A stretch of DNA of 64,000 nucleotides from Eledone cirrhosa (Eukaryota). The translations under genes were made by a program, and so were the position numbers. The notes beneath the pieces were generated by a model that saw only the letters and a list, made by a program, of their open reading frames with translations, had not been told where the DNA came from and made no database searches. Below, piece after piece: positions 42,372-55,841 of this stretch (the stretch's first letter is position 1; every line of letters begins with the position of its first letter). The stretch is from the NCBI GenBank assembly GCA_964016885.1, contig OZ024743.1, positions 62,682,001-62,746,000 on the forward strand. The letters are read 5' to 3'.

Positions 42372-44014
42372 TATATATATTTATTTCGTTTCTGAATTTG
42401 TTTAGCAAGATTCTTTATCTGAAATCGTGTGTTGAAACCGATATTGTTATACTTTGGGAGGGTCATGTTGCCAATAAGAAACACACGCACCAGTTTCTTT
42501 CACTTCAATTTATTATATATTTATAAATTTCTGGCTGGTTGGTTGGTTCCTCAACCAGATAGTTGTTTATATATAGTCATAGTTCTTTCGTCACACACTC
42601 TGTGACCTCTTCAGTGACTGGGGATTCCTTTCTTTGTTTCTGTGCCTCTCCTTTGTTCTGTCCTACGCCATTTTGTTTCTGTGTGTGTGTTGCGTGCTCA
42701 GTCTGCGCATGCGCCACATCCGGGTGTCTGTGTGTGTTTATGTTCATTTATTTATTTGTTTATTTACATGTTACTGGTTGGTTGTTTGTTCTATGTGTGT
42801 GTGTTTTCATTTTGTCCTTAATTGTAAGTTGTGATGTTGCTGTTCCACTCATATTTTCTATTTAATTTTGGTTGTAATTCTTTTATATTTATTGCCTCTG
42901 TAATTTGTCTAAACATTGCGTCTTTTCTGTGTGTAGATTCTATTTTTATTTCTATGTTCTCTAATTTACCCTTGTGTTCTATCTTAGCATGTTGGTAGAG
43001 TACAGATGATTCTTTATTATCTTGAAGGTCTCGCCAGTGTTCATTTATCCGTTCCCCTACACTACGAGCTGTCTCACCTATGTACACTATATTTTTGTCT
43101 CTACATTGTCCTTCAGTACATCTTATGCTATACACTACATTTCTAGTTTTACAGTTAATATGGGGGCTTATTTTACAGGTTATACATTTCTTATCTATAC
43201 ATGAGTGTCTTTGAAAAGGGTATGTCTTGCTAATAAGTGTTTTTACGGAGGTACCTGGTCTTTCTACTATCTTAATATTGAGTTTATGTTTATTTAGGGC
43301 CCTTCTAAATTTGTAAGCTAATTCACCTCTAGGGGTTGTATCGATGAACATCACACTCTGGTATTTATTGCTATCATACCATGAGTTTATTCTATTGGCC
43401 TTGTTCCTAGTTCTTTCTATTCTATTCAAAAATTTGCTCCTATACAAGGGGCAGGTCCCATTTATGTCATTATTTACCATTTTTTCCCATTTGGTTCTGG
43501 CTCCTCTATACACTCTGATTTTATCTCTGTGATTGTAGCCAGAGAACTGCATACGGTGGATGAAGTGTTGTACGTGTCTCTCTAGTTCTTCGGGGTTGCA
43601 CATGCGGGACACATTTCTCATCACCCGTACCAAATCCGCAATCAGTATGTTGATTTTGGTATGGTCCGAAATGGCCGAGTTTCGGTGGATCAGATGTTTG
43701 GAAGTCATGGGTTTGACTTCCACCCGGATGTGGCGCATGCGCAGACTGAGCACACAACACACACACAGAAACAAAATGGCGTAGGACAGAACAAAGGAGA
43801 GGCACAGAAACAAAGAAAGGAATCCCCAGTCACTGAAGAGGTCACAGAGTGTGTGACGAAAGAACTATGACTATATATAAACAACTATCTGGTTGAGGAA
43901 CCAACCAACCAACCAGAAATTTATAAATTTATAAATATATAATAAATTGAAGTGAAAGCAACTGGTGCGTGTGTTTCTTATTGGCAACATGACCCTCCCA
44001 AAGTATAACAATAT
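42372..44014 (-). mobile_element. 5'-truncated Penelope-like element with inverted pseudo-LTRs (42441-42726 / 43721-44014)
   Basis: GIY-YIG NVVYSIRC...YIGETARSVGERINEH in ~42818-43720; ~290 bp inverted repeats each containing an HHR; TA-rich flanks. Confidence 0.92.
43828..43872 (+). ncRNA. Minimal hammerhead ribozyme in pLTR (inverted twin at 42575-42619, minus)
   Basis: AGTCA CTGAAGA G GTCAC AGAGTGT GTGAC GAAA GAAC TA TGACT. Confidence 0.8.
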
Positions 44015-44423
44015 ATATATTTATTTATATATATGTATATCAGGGGCGATGGGTGCGTGTATGCGTTATAGAATCTTGAGTTGATCAATTGCGTCGGTTG
44101 AAGCAAGCAGAATTTTGGATGCTTACTAAATCGTAGACACATAAAAACATAACACACACACTAGATAACACTACATGCGGCTTTGACCGGGAAGGTCATT
44201 TACATGGAATTGGGGGGGGGGGGAGTAAGTCTGCACAGCCCACTTTCCGCCATGGCGATTGGACTGCATGCCCTGCTTTCCAGGTTACCCTTCGCCACTG
44301 ATGTATATTTATTTATATATATATATTTATATTTATATATATATATATATGTGTATATATATGTATATATATAAAATAAAGTAAAATAAAAAGTCAAATG
44401 TTTAAAATTTAGCTTTGTTTATT

Positions 44424-44478
44424 ACTACTATATATATTTCGGTGACAGCTATCTTTGGCTGTGACCTCTTCAGGCAGT
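44424..44478 (-). ncRNA. Minimal hammerhead ribozyme
   Basis: ACTGC CTGAAGA GGTCACAGC CAAAGATA GCTGTCACC GAAA TATATA TA GTAGT AATAAA. Confidence 0.82.
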
Positions 44479-44529
44479 CCGAATTAGTGTGGTATAGACA
44501 AGTACATATGTTGTTGAGGTGTATAATTT

Positions 44530-44850
44530 TGTCAATACTCTGATATGCCCAGTTCCTGGTTGGGTTGTTATTTCACTGAGGAACTGGAATCATATGAATT
44601 CAAACAAACGAATTTCAGTGTCAAAGGCCTCTTCTCCTCTCATTGGTCAGTTGTTAGAACATTCCTCATTCAAAAATCTATAGACATATTTAGTCAGAGG
44701 AGGTTTGGTGTTGTTTCCAGACTGCACAGTAAGTCTCGCAACCGCTACAATGTAATTACACGTGGAGATCTCTGGCTACATCTTAGGAAAATTCAGCCTC
44801 ACGTCAAAGTGTTAGCTAGACTCCACGAAGCTCAAAGGTCCCATTGAAAT
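44530..44850 (+). mobile_element. hAT (Buster/Charlie-like) transposase C-terminal remnant
   Basis: SKSRNRYNVITRGDLWLHLRKIQPHVKVLARLHEAQRSH* resembles the hAT C-terminal dimerization tail. Confidence 0.5.
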
Positions 44851-47040
44851 GAGGTCAAAGTTAAAGTAAGTTGATTTATCCGAAAACTTGGATATGCTAT
44901 TGTTACAAAGCAAACTAACAATTTTTTTATTTGTAGTTGCAGTCTGACTACAATTCACTTACTCATTTGTTGTATATATTTTACCATTTACTAATAAATA
45001 TGCCCTCCCACGTAGTCATGAAAATCTTCTTCCGTTGTCTCTAAGCTCACAAAGCAGTGGGAACATCAAGTTAGATGTCAACATTTATTCTGCCCGTTTC
45101 ATTAAACGGAAAATTGGAAAGCTTTGAAATGATATAATTGCCATTTTCTTCCACTTTCTTCTTTGGATAGACAGAGTTGGTCTTGTATAAATGTTCAAAA
45201 TAGCTGGTATCGCCTGGTGGGAATATAACAAATTTAACTGGCCCTTATTCATAAAAAAGAACATTTATGTTCCTATTTTTGAAATTTATATATTTCCTTT
45301 CAAGGAATGTATTTATACTCTCAGCTGCCTGCAATGGTATCTTTGGAATGTTAATCAATTTTTTAGTAATCTACTGATATCAACAACAATTTCGGCCCCA
45401 GTGTGTTACTGGTACTTTATTTTATCGACCCAGTAAAGATAAAAGGCAAGGTTAACCTCTGTGGGATTTGAACTCAGAACGTAAAGGGCCATAATTCTAT
45501 GCCACAAAGCATGGTGTCCAATGCTGTACTGATACTGCCAATCTATCGTTCTTGTTACTCCAATAATAATTGTTTCTACTTTTGGCACAAGGCCAGCAAT
45601 TATCCCAGATGAAATGATTACTGGTGCTTTATTTTATCGAGGCAAAATTAGCCTCGGTGGGATTTGAAATAATGGCTATGTAACTGTAAGTAAATGTTAG
45701 GTGTTGGATTTCTAAATTCCTCACCAATGGTCCATAGATATCCTGTTTCTTATATATTTTTCTAGCAACATTTATGTCAAATGGGTAGTTGACATTGACA
45801 ACACAAGCAAGAGATCCTAAATACCTCTTACACAAAAGCCAAAACTTATCAGCTGACATATTCATCATTTAACATCTATTTTTCCAAGCTGGCATAGGTT
45901 GAATGTTTTTATTCTGTGGTTCTAAATAACGATATCAGGCTGGTTGTGTTTTAATTTGGTAGTTGTTTTTGTTTTTAGATTCTACCAATATTCTTTTGGG
46001 TGATAGCCTCAGTGTATTCATCTTTGTTGTTGTTGTTTTTTTGTCCTTTCTTTATTCTAGATTGTTTTGGCTACCACATCACGCCTCATGAGAAGATAGT
46101 AACTATATAGAGGTCATTATCTTATAGCTAGCAATAATATGGTTAATGTCTTTGGTGATAGGAAGGGCATCAAACTGTAGAAACCATGCCCAAAACTGGA
46201 ACATATAAATGAGATTTGACTCCTAACTCATCAAGGAGGTCAGTAATTTCAATTAAGTACTAAGTTGGTCTGTGATAACCCATTCAACCTATGCCAGCAT
46301 GGAAAAATGGATGTTAAATGATAATGATGTCAACTAATAGGTTTTGTCTTTTGTGTAAGAGGTACTTGGGATCTCTTGCTTCTGGATTGCATAGAGGATG
46401 CTCCATACCAACCATCTGGTGTGCTTTATTCTGCCTATGATCTGAATGTTTTGTGCCAAGTACCAATGTTCAACCTCCTAAGTGAACTGGTTTATCATTT
46501 TATTTTGCTACAGTATTGAATAAGATTATGCATGTATATATGTGTGTTTGTTTAAAACAAAAGTAGCTGGCAAGCTTAAAAATGCCCTAGAAATGCTGTA
46601 TGTCAGTGTGGCGCCCCTACAACTCCTTCAGAAGTTACGAGACAGCAATTATAATAGCAGCAGTATAAAACAACACTTAACAGCACTGATAAGGCAACAA
46701 TAACATCATCATCATATCATGTCCATTTTTTCATGATTGCACAGGTCTTCCCCCCCACTTGTTGCTTTCCTTCGTCATTTCCTCTATGAGGTTCAGCATT
46801 TTGAGATCAGCTCTCACAACTTCAGCCTAGGTTTTCCTCGGGCTTCCTCTTCCACAGGGATCTATTAGCAATTCTTCACCCAACAATCATCATCCATATG
46901 TATCATGTGACAATACCAGGGGAATCTTCTATCTTACACATTGCACCTGATTCTTCTTACATCCAGTTTTTCTCAGTTCATCCAAGCCTCATTGTCTGTG
47001 CATGCTAATATTTCACAGTTATCATAACAACAACAATAAT

Positions 47041-47561
47041 TTAACCCTTTTGTGATAAATTTTCTAATGAAATTCACTATTTGAATTAATTAATGAAAAC
47101 ATTTGAGGGATTGACTAAAATTATTTCATTACTAAGATAATAGCTTAACATATGGTTCTTATATAAAATTGTATTGGAAAACTTTTATTTAAATAGGAAC
47201 CCTTTAAAATGGCATGGCCCAGTGGTAAGGGTGTTGGACTTACAATCATAATGTGGTGGGTTCAATTCCTGAGCTGGCTTGTATGTTGTGTTCTTGAGCA
47301 AAACACATCATTTCACGTTGCTCCAGTATACTCTGCTGAAAAAATAAGTACCAGCAATAGCTGAGGGTTTAACCCTGCAATGGACTAGCGACCTGTCCAA
47401 GGAGTTTAGTATTCTCACTTGCTTCAAACCATGAATCCAGAATAAGCACTGGCCTAATAAGCCTTCTAACTTGAGACAGACTTAGATTAGACCTTTAAAA
47501 TGGGTAATTTTGTTTCATAGAATCAGAGCTGGTTTTGGACAGTTGGTATCAAAAGGGTTAA
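47041..47561. mobile_element. piggyBac-type MITE interrupted by a tRNA-SINE (47213-47491, TSD CCTTTAAAATGG)
   Basis: TTAA-CCCTTTTG...CAAAAGGG-TTAA; SINE A box TGGCCCAGTGG and B box GGTTCAATTCC. Confidence 0.75.
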
Positions 47562-47786
47562 AACAACAATGGCAATGTTAACAAAAAAGCAACAAAACAA
47601 CAAAGGAAATAGCAACAAAAATGAAATTAAACAGAGAACAAAATTTCTATAATTAATAATGATTTATTTTACAATTAATATTTTAATTTTTAACTTCATC
47701 AACTTGGATGATCCTGATGGTGTTTTCTGATAAGCATATACATAAGTATGTATATATATATATATACACACACACATATATATATA

Positions 47787-48678
47787 CAGGGTGAGGACAA
47801 TATTTGTTCGCAATTTTCAACTGCTAATTTTATGCAATTTTTTTTTACTTCCGATGTCACTCTTGTCTTCATAAAAACAGTGACTATATTTCCATTAATT
47901 ATTTTCAGAATAATTTATTATGAATAATTTTGAACCTCCAAATTTGTGGAAGAGACACGGAGTTCTTCTTGGAATCCGCGCCGAGAGGACAAATAAGAAA
48001 ATTTCAGACTTTCTCAGCATCAGCAGGAGAATGGTGTCTCACCCAAAGACGTGCCCAGAGTCATACAGACAAAGTTTCCAGCAACAACATTGGTCTTAGG
48101 TGTCATCAGCAGTCAAGGTGATGTCATGCCACCTCACTTCTTCCCTGAGAGCCTCAAGCTGAACACCGATGGCTACATCCGTGTTCTGAGCGAGGTAGTA
48201 AAGCCCTGGATCAGCCAGGTAGCTGCAGGTAGGCCATATGTGTGGCAGCAAGACTCAGCACCCTGCCATACCAGCCGAAAGACTCAAGCCTGGCTGTCAG
48301 AGAACTTCGTCGACCACACTTCACCTGACATCTGGCCTCCCAGCTCGCCTGACTGCAACCCCCTCAACTTCTTTGTGTGGGGCGCAGTGGAACGAGACAC
48401 CAACAGATCTAGCTGCAATACGAAAGGTGATCTGAAGGCCAGGATCACAAGTGCCTTTAGGGGCCTAAGTCAGGGGTCAGTGACAAAGGCCTGTAGCCAG
48501 TTCTGAGGCAGCCTTGAGGCCATCATCAAAGCCAATGGTGGGTTTATCGAGTGAGATCGAAAGAACAAGTCATGAAGACAAACTGACTCAAGTTTGATAA
48601 ATATATCTTAAAAAATAAAACTACTGTGTTATTTTTTCCTAGACCGTAATCTTGCAAACAAATATCGTCCGCACCTTG
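47787..48678 (+). mobile_element. Tc1/mariner DD37D (maT-type) internally deleted element
   Basis: TIRs CAGGGTGAGGACAATATTTGTTCGCAA / TTGCAAACAAATATCGTCCGCACCTTG, TA TSD; WQQD-37 aa-NPL(N) catalytic spacing with third D mutated. Confidence 0.88.
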
Positions 48679-48684
48679 TATATA

Positions 48685-48901
48685 TGAGGGGGTGCAGAAA
48701 AGTTCCTGGCTTTGGGTAAAAGAAAATACAGGAGAATCAGTTAATTATGATTTTATTCAACATATTCCCCTCTCAGATTCACACACTTGTTGCAGCGGTC
48801 TTTCAGTTTTTCTAAGCCCTGTAAAAAGAACTTGGAAAGTTTGGCCTCCAACCAGGCCTTTGTAGCAATGATCAAACTAGGAACTTTTCACCAACCCCTC
48901 G
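48685..48901. mobile_element. Mariner-type MITE
   Basis: TIRs GAGGGGGTGCAGAAAAGTTCCTGG / CTAGGAACTTTTCACCAACCCCTCG. Confidence 0.65.
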
Positions 48902-48903
48902 TG

Positions 48904-48934
<31 letters not shown>

Positions 48935-49708
48935 ATCATCATCATCGTTTAACATCTATCTTCCATGCTAGCATGGGTTTGTGTGTATATATATATATGC
49001 AAAAAGTAAACAAATAAACAAGAGAGCAAAATGATACAGTACATAAATATTTCTAATTTCTAATTTCAAACTTGCGCACCGTTTCAAAAAACATACTTAG
49101 ATGTTTACGTTTATAATTTGCTTGTTTATAAATATATTAGTTTAACACTTGATTTAGTAGGAAAAGATTCTTAACATTTTAAACATTAGTCCTTCAGCAA
49201 GTGATAGAATAAGAAATAAAAGAAGAAACTGAAAGATAGACGAGAATGAGAAGAGGAAGAAATGGAAAAAACATTTTTTGGAGAGAAAGCACTTGTGTTT
49301 AGCTATTTTGGGGAATACATTTATATACTATGTGTGTTTAGTTAATAATTTTGGGGAATATATTTATTTATGTACTATGTTTTCGCTTAAGGCTTTAGGT
49401 GCCCATGCAGTCTTGAGCATACACAGACATCCTCTCTATCCTCCCTTCCATTGGACTGGAACTTCATCAGCTCCGAAGGGATGAAAGGTAAAGTAGATCT
49501 TGGCAGGATTTACACTCAGAATGCAGACACCTGGAACAAATATCCAACACTCTAGCAACACTACCAAATCGAGGGCCATATATAAATACAGGTATATCTC
49601 ACCCTATATTGTTAATTGGTTCCAGAAGTAAAGACTTAAGTTGAAAAACGACAAATGTTGAATTAGCCCTCTACAAACTGCTAATAGACATTCCCCCAGT
49701 ATTGTACT

Positions 49709-49916
49709 TTAACCCTTTAGCATTTAACTCTATATTTACTATTTTTGTGGTAAAGGCTTTATCTTACATAATTATCTCATAATATCGAATCTATGAGATT
49801 TTGATATTATTTATTTTGAGAACAATACTTTTATGTCAGTATGAGCAGCCAGTTACAGCTGGTTTGAACAGAAAAAGGTGAGAGGATTCTGGCTGGTTTA
49901 AATGCTAAAGGGTTAA
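49709..49916. mobile_element. piggyBac-type MITE
   Basis: TTAA CCCTTTAGCATTTAA ... TTAAATGCTAAAGGG TTAA. Confidence 0.75.
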
Positions 49917-50414
49917 CATACACACTGTATACAGTACAGTACACTATCATTTATACATGTTGCTTTTTCTTTAGTTTTCTAAGGTTGAATATTTTTGGCA
50001 GACTGACGTAAAGTTGAGTCAATCAATATATCACAAGGTTTATATTTGGTGTATAATGTTAATAAAAACTGCCATAACTTTGAAAATGACTAAACTTGAA
50101 ATTATGTAAGCCAATATCATCATTATACATCTGCTTTGTCATGCTTTCAGCACAATAGTGACTCTACTTTCCTCTACTCCTATTACTACACACATGCACT
50201 CATACATCCACATACACACACATATATATATACATTTATATATGTATTCATTTTATTAAGGCTAAATAGTGAGTCTCATTACTCAGGAGTTTCACCTGTT
50301 TATTGAAATTCTAGAGTAACAAAACTTACTATTTTTCACCTTTAAAAAAAAAATGAATATTTAAACTCTACTTTGGTATTGAGTACTCATTTCTTTCAGC
50401 CATCAACCATATAC

Positions 50415-50500
<86 letters not shown>

Positions 50501-50504
<4 letters not shown>

Positions 50505-50655
50505 TGCTTCCACAGGACTAGAACTGTTTCATTCGTATGAAATCATCAAGAATGTCCTGTAGAAGCCATTCATTTCTATATTAAATAATGTTGTTTACAC
50601 TATACTAATGTATTGAGTACCTTTTTAACTGTGGTTAACCCCCGATTTAACTCGC
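50501..50655. mobile_element. PLE family-B short fold-back remnant (degenerate HHR 50506-50553 minus)
   Basis: Minus TTGATGA TTTC ATAC GAAT GAAA CAGTTCTAGTCCTG; adjacent plus-strand GTCCTGTAGAAGCC...GTATTGAGTACC tail. Confidence 0.6.
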
Positions 50656-50994
50656 ACACACACATATATATACATACATTATATATATATATATATAAGG
50701 TAAAAATGACACAAATAGGAGGCACCAGATGATTGAACAAAGTAAACAAAATGTGGGGGAAAAAAAGACACATAGTAGACAAAAAAATATGCACAAAACT
50801 GAACAATGAAACTATTTACACAAATGGAAAGAAAAGAACAGGATCCAATGTTTCAGGTTAAACCCTTTATTGAAATAGAGTAAAAGAAGAAAAGGATTAA
50901 GATGAAATATGTGTGTGTATGATAATGATATATATAATGTGTGAGTGAATTGCAATATACATTGTACTGCATACTTTTTTTGTATATAAAGCAA

Positions 50995-51807
50995 TCAACA
51001 GAATTCTTTCACATTGATGGAATATAAAACAGTTTCACCAATTTTCAGTGTTTCCTTCCACCCTTCTTCAGTTTTTGTTCGGTGAACAAATGGGTAGAAA
51101 TCAGCCAGTTTCTCACAGAGGGTAACTTTGTGGAGTGAGGCAGGGAGACTTACCTCATATTTGTGAGACATGAGGTTTGAACGACAGTTGTGCATGTCAT
51201 ATGTCTGTAAGACATACTGTGGATTACATGGCGCATACAACTGCAGAGTAGAAAATGGACGTCGACGCAAGGGAAATACTTTATCTTTCCGGAAAACAAA
51301 TTCTTCTGAAAAGTAAGGAAGATCATCCCAGATATGTGTTTTGTTCTCATCAAAAAAGAAAATATCTATGTATGGCCAGCCAAATGGATGATTAGGTAAT
51401 GTCTTGAAAGAGGTGTCTTTTCGGTAATATTTCCATGCCTTGATTTGATAGTCAGGGACATATAAAGCAAATGATTTGTTGTAATTGCTCACAAATCTCT
51501 TCACTACATTTTTATATGACCCATTGATAAATATATCGAAGTCATCATCCCAGGGAATAAGATCATGATGACGGTAAGAACCCAGCAAGGTTCCACCATA
51601 CATCATGTAAGGGATGTTTGCACTCTCTAGAGCCTTGCTAAAAGTTCTGGCCGTTTCTATCAGCAGCTTCATTTCTTCCTCTGTTACTGACATTTGGAAT
51701 TCTTCATCAATGGTTGGAATATTTGGGTAATGTAGCATGATAAAAATGAAAATGATAAAAAGAATAAATATGATAGACACAGAGTGATGAAAAACTTTTC
51801 GTTTCAT
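50995..51807 (-). CDS. LicD/fukutin-family phosphotransferase paralog (270 aa from first ATG, MKRKVF...)
   Basis: TM segment SVSIIFILFIIFIFIML; YGGTLLGSYRHHDLIPWDDDFDI; WPYIDIFF; VFPLRRRPF; candidate acceptor TTTTTCTTGTAG at 52003-52014 (minus). The track start at 51873 is not an ATG. Confidence 0.9.
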   Translation of the reverse strand: MKRKVFHHSVSIIFILFIIFIFIMLHYPNIPTIDEEFQMSVTEEEMKLLIETARTFSKALESANIPYMMYGGTLLGSYRHHDLIPWDDDFDIFINGSYKNVVKRFVSNYNKSFALYVPDYQIKAWKYYRKDTSFKTLPNHPFGWPYIDIFFFDENKTHIWDDLPYFSEEFVFRKDKVFPLRRRPFSTLQLYAPCNPQYVLQTYDMHNCRSNLMSHKYEVSLPASLHKVTLCEKLADFYPFVHRTKTEEGWKETLKIGETVLYSINVKEFC

Positions 51808-54800
51808 TGTTTCTTTTGAGTATGGCAAGCATTGGAATACAAAGCTAGCTTCTGCTGGATGGAATAATGACAATAAGTCTAGTTCACTGGTTCATACCAT
51901 CAACTTTTTAAAGTCCTGTACCACATTAGCAAAACATTCTATGACTGCATCACATTAAAAACTGAAGTCTTTACTTTATTGCTATAAGTTTTCACGAGCT
52001 GTCTACAAGAAAAATTACTATAAACATTTAAATTAACAAACCTGTTTTGAAATATTTTCTGTGAAATTCTTGCAGGCTGTTAAGAATTAACTATAAGATA
52101 TTTGGAGATAATGGTCTGGAGAAAGGGACAATGCCCGTGTCCTTCACAGATGCTGTTATTGGTTGTCACAATGGTATAGTTGTTGCTTTCAATTGTGATG
52201 GCAAACCTTTTTTTTTTACTTTCAAAGCACAGGCATTGCTTGTTCAGGATATGTTACAGGTTCGTGTGGCTGGCAATAGCCTAAAAGTGCACCAAACTCT
52301 ATAATCTGACAAGCAATTGCAATACTCTTGGCAGAGTTTGCAGCCATTATATATATATATATTGCTGGCCTTGTGCCAATAGTAGAAACAATTATATATA
52401 TATATTCAGTGAGAAATATGTACACTTGAGAATGAAAGTAAATTAGATATGTGGTTTTCTCTAAAACTGGCTCAATCTTTTCAAAAGGCTATAATTTTAT
52501 TCAAAACAAATTTATTGTGTTCACTATAAGATATCGTCTGTGTTAGTGGTCAATGGTATTTTGGTCTTACAAAACATTCAACTGCAGGGTAGCCACATCA
52601 ATCAGAATCTGTTAAAGTAAACAAAAAAATATATATATGTTAAGAATAGGTACACCATATCCTTGTGTATCATAAGAAGCAACTAAAAGGATTAGTGTCA
52701 GGAAGGCCATGCAACTGTAAAATATTGCATCAAAAAGTTCTGTTCAACCTAATCTCAATCATACTATTTTAATCCATCATATCACCATCATCATCATTCA
52801 ATGTCTGCTTCTCCATGCTAGCATAGGTTGGATGAGTCATCACAGAACAAGTCAGCACTGAATCAGAGCTACTGTTCTCACAAATGGGCATTTTACTCAT
52901 GTACATTCCTACACTCTACAGAGTGTACAGGGTGTATTTTATCATGGCACTAGCACAAGGGAGGTTATACCCTTGGTACAAACTGAATAGTCCTCTCAAC
53001 TCTATGTTTGGCAAGATTTCTATAGCTGGAAGTCCTTCCTAATACCAATCACTTTACAGAAATAGTTAATGTCTGTTCCAAGCTAAGAGGCTCATCAAGT
53101 TGGAGCTTATCTTCTCTTGTTTCATGGGGTGTTTAATGACTGTGGGTACAAAACTCCACACTGAACAGGACACCAATCTGTTGCAAGGTCAACACCCTAG
53201 TTGCTTGCTGCTGCTGCTAGTACTCCTTTTTTTTAACTGAGTTGACATGAACAGTGCGAAATGAAATGTCTTGTTCAAGGAGATAACATACTACCCTAGT
53301 CTTGGAATCAAACTTACAACCTAAGTACACCATCAAAATACATTTATGTGTAAAGCTGTAACATCTGGTGGAGTTGTAGGGGTGCTCTTGTGACATACAC
53401 CATGTATTAAGCATTTAAAACCTGGCAGAGTCGATCCTCCAGGTCTAAACACAGAGGATTTCTTCCAAAGAAGGAGAGTAGGAGAGAGGGAGGGTAGAGG
53501 GTGAATTGACCTCAAAAGACAAAAGGCAAAGTTGACCTTGGTGGATTTTGAACTCAGAGTGTAGATGGTCAGAATGAATATTTCAAAGCATTCTATTCAA
53601 CATTCTAACACAAGTGATTCCCAACCTTTTGTGCATCATGCTCCACCTTAACATCTAAAAAATTCTTATGCCCCACTTTGATTTGAAAACAAATAGAGTT
53701 TTTTTAAAACAAATTGGCATATAGGTAGTGCCAGATGCACAATAGCATATATGGAGGAGGTGAGACAGAAGTTTCTGACAGTAATATGTATCAAAGTTAC
53801 CTTGGTGCAAAAGTAATAAGGTAAAACCTGAAGTTTGTTATCATTAATATCATGTTCTAATTGCATCCGGCTTCCACTGTGGGGCATGTGCCCTGTGTTG
53901 GGAATCACTGTCCCAAGCTCTGCCAATTTGCACTGAGGTCAATATGACCAACTAAAACTATTGAAGACGATGCCCCAGCTTGGCCACAGTACAATGACTG
54001 AAACCAGCAAAAGAATAAAAGAACAATTTCATCATGGGTGAGTCATTCTATTCAATTGTTATACAAAAACTATTATATTGATTTTTCATTTAGTTGTTAA
54101 TAGTACAGTACAACAGGAATTTTAACCTCTTCACTACCATATTTCTAATGAAAGACACTGCCTATGATGCTCCAATCATTTTGAAAATATTCATAGCATC
54201 ATAAAATCAGGACCAGTTTTAGGCAATTTGGCCACAAACCATTTAAGGCCATTTTTCTTTGCTAAAGTGGTTACTGTGATAGGCTTCATATTTATCATTG
54301 GGTCCTTTTTGAGGCAATGTTTGACAGCTGAATACCCTTTCTTGTACCAACCCTTTTAATCACCTCTTACAACATGCTGGGATATACAGTGTACCTATTC
54401 TAGACAGAATACACAGTAAAATCTTAATTATTTCTATCAAAAAAATAAAAGTCAAAATCTTTCTCAAGAAAGCCCATCAAGCCAAAACCTAACAAGATTT
54501 CAGTGATATTGTGACTATGAGCACAAGACTTTTCCTTGGACAGGATGCCAGCCTGATGCAAGGTTAAGAACCAGCTGCAACTACTAGTATTTCCAGCAGA
54601 GTGGACTGAAGTAACGTCAAAATGAAGTGCTTTGCTCAAGAAAACCAAGCATGAGTCAATTCAGAAATCAAAACCCTGCCCTAACAATTGTGAAATCAAC
54701 ACTCACTGTGAACAATCTATTACAAAGTATCAAATAGCTTTGGTGCATTGATTAAACTTTGACATGTCATAATATTACACAGTGCTATTACATAATAGTG

Positions 54801-55805
54801 TCCTTCAGCCAGACACTTTATTTCACATTGCTCCAGTCAACTCAGCAGGAAAAAGTGAGTTATAATGAAACTAGAACATCAGTGGCATGGAGAGGGGGAC
54901 ATTGCTGGTCTTAACAAAACAATTTGCCCAAGCTTGTATCTTGGAACTTCCTAGATGCAAACCCATGGTCAGTTATGATCAAAGGGAGTCTAAGATTAAG
55001 AAATAAATGAAAAGTAAATATAACAGTTTTTGTGTTCTTTAGCATTTGCATTACTCCATATTTACTATTGTATTTTCGGGGTAAAGGCTTTACCTCACAT
55101 AATGTCAAATCTATGAGATTTTGATATTATTCATTTTGAGAACAATACCTTAACATATATGAACAGCCAGTTATTGGTTCTGTATGAACAAGACATGATC
55201 ATCTGACCTCGACTTGCCTCAAACAGGACAACCCGTCTAACCCATGCTAGTGTGGAAAATGGACATTAAACGGCGATGGTGATGATGATATATGCATCCA
55301 TATATATATATATAATAAGTTGGATTACTTTGAATAAATAATGAATGAATATTACATAATTTATCTACTAAATTTCGTGGCTGTTGATTAAATATGTTTT
55401 GTTTATTTAAAGATTCACTTCTTTAAAATTTCTGAAATGTCAACACTTCCGGTGGCGATCACTTAAATAAACATACTCATTTTCTGTCACTAATTTTCTC
55501 CTAATGCAGTTTATATATAATATCATCTTTTTTAATGTATCATGGATTACGTTACTGATTACATAAGAGAGTGTAACAGTCTTCGTTCAATTTCTGTGTA
55601 TATTGTAAATTACGATTTATTTGATGTATCATATCTACATGTATATATACTTGCGTATAATATCAATATACACACCACATATGTTAGCAGAAAACCACCT
55701 GAAGGGTGGTTTTTCTGCTAGTGAAAATAAAAATGACACATTGTTAATTCCAAGGTCTATATATATATATATATATATAGACCTCGGAATTAACAATGTG
55801 TAATT

Positions 55806-55839
<34 letters not shown>

Positions 55840-55841
<2 letters not shown>

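Noticed and set aside
43721-43813. Hydrophobic signal-peptide-like N-terminus of the 331-aa ORF 42818-43813
   Set aside because: Read-through from the inverted pLTR (the same peptide appears at 42634); the ORF is a chimeric artefact of the inversion junction.
47213-47272. tRNA-like sequences (also 60546-60610, 17430-17495)
   Set aside because: A and B boxes are followed by SINE body sequence and lack a full cloverleaf; these are SINE heads.
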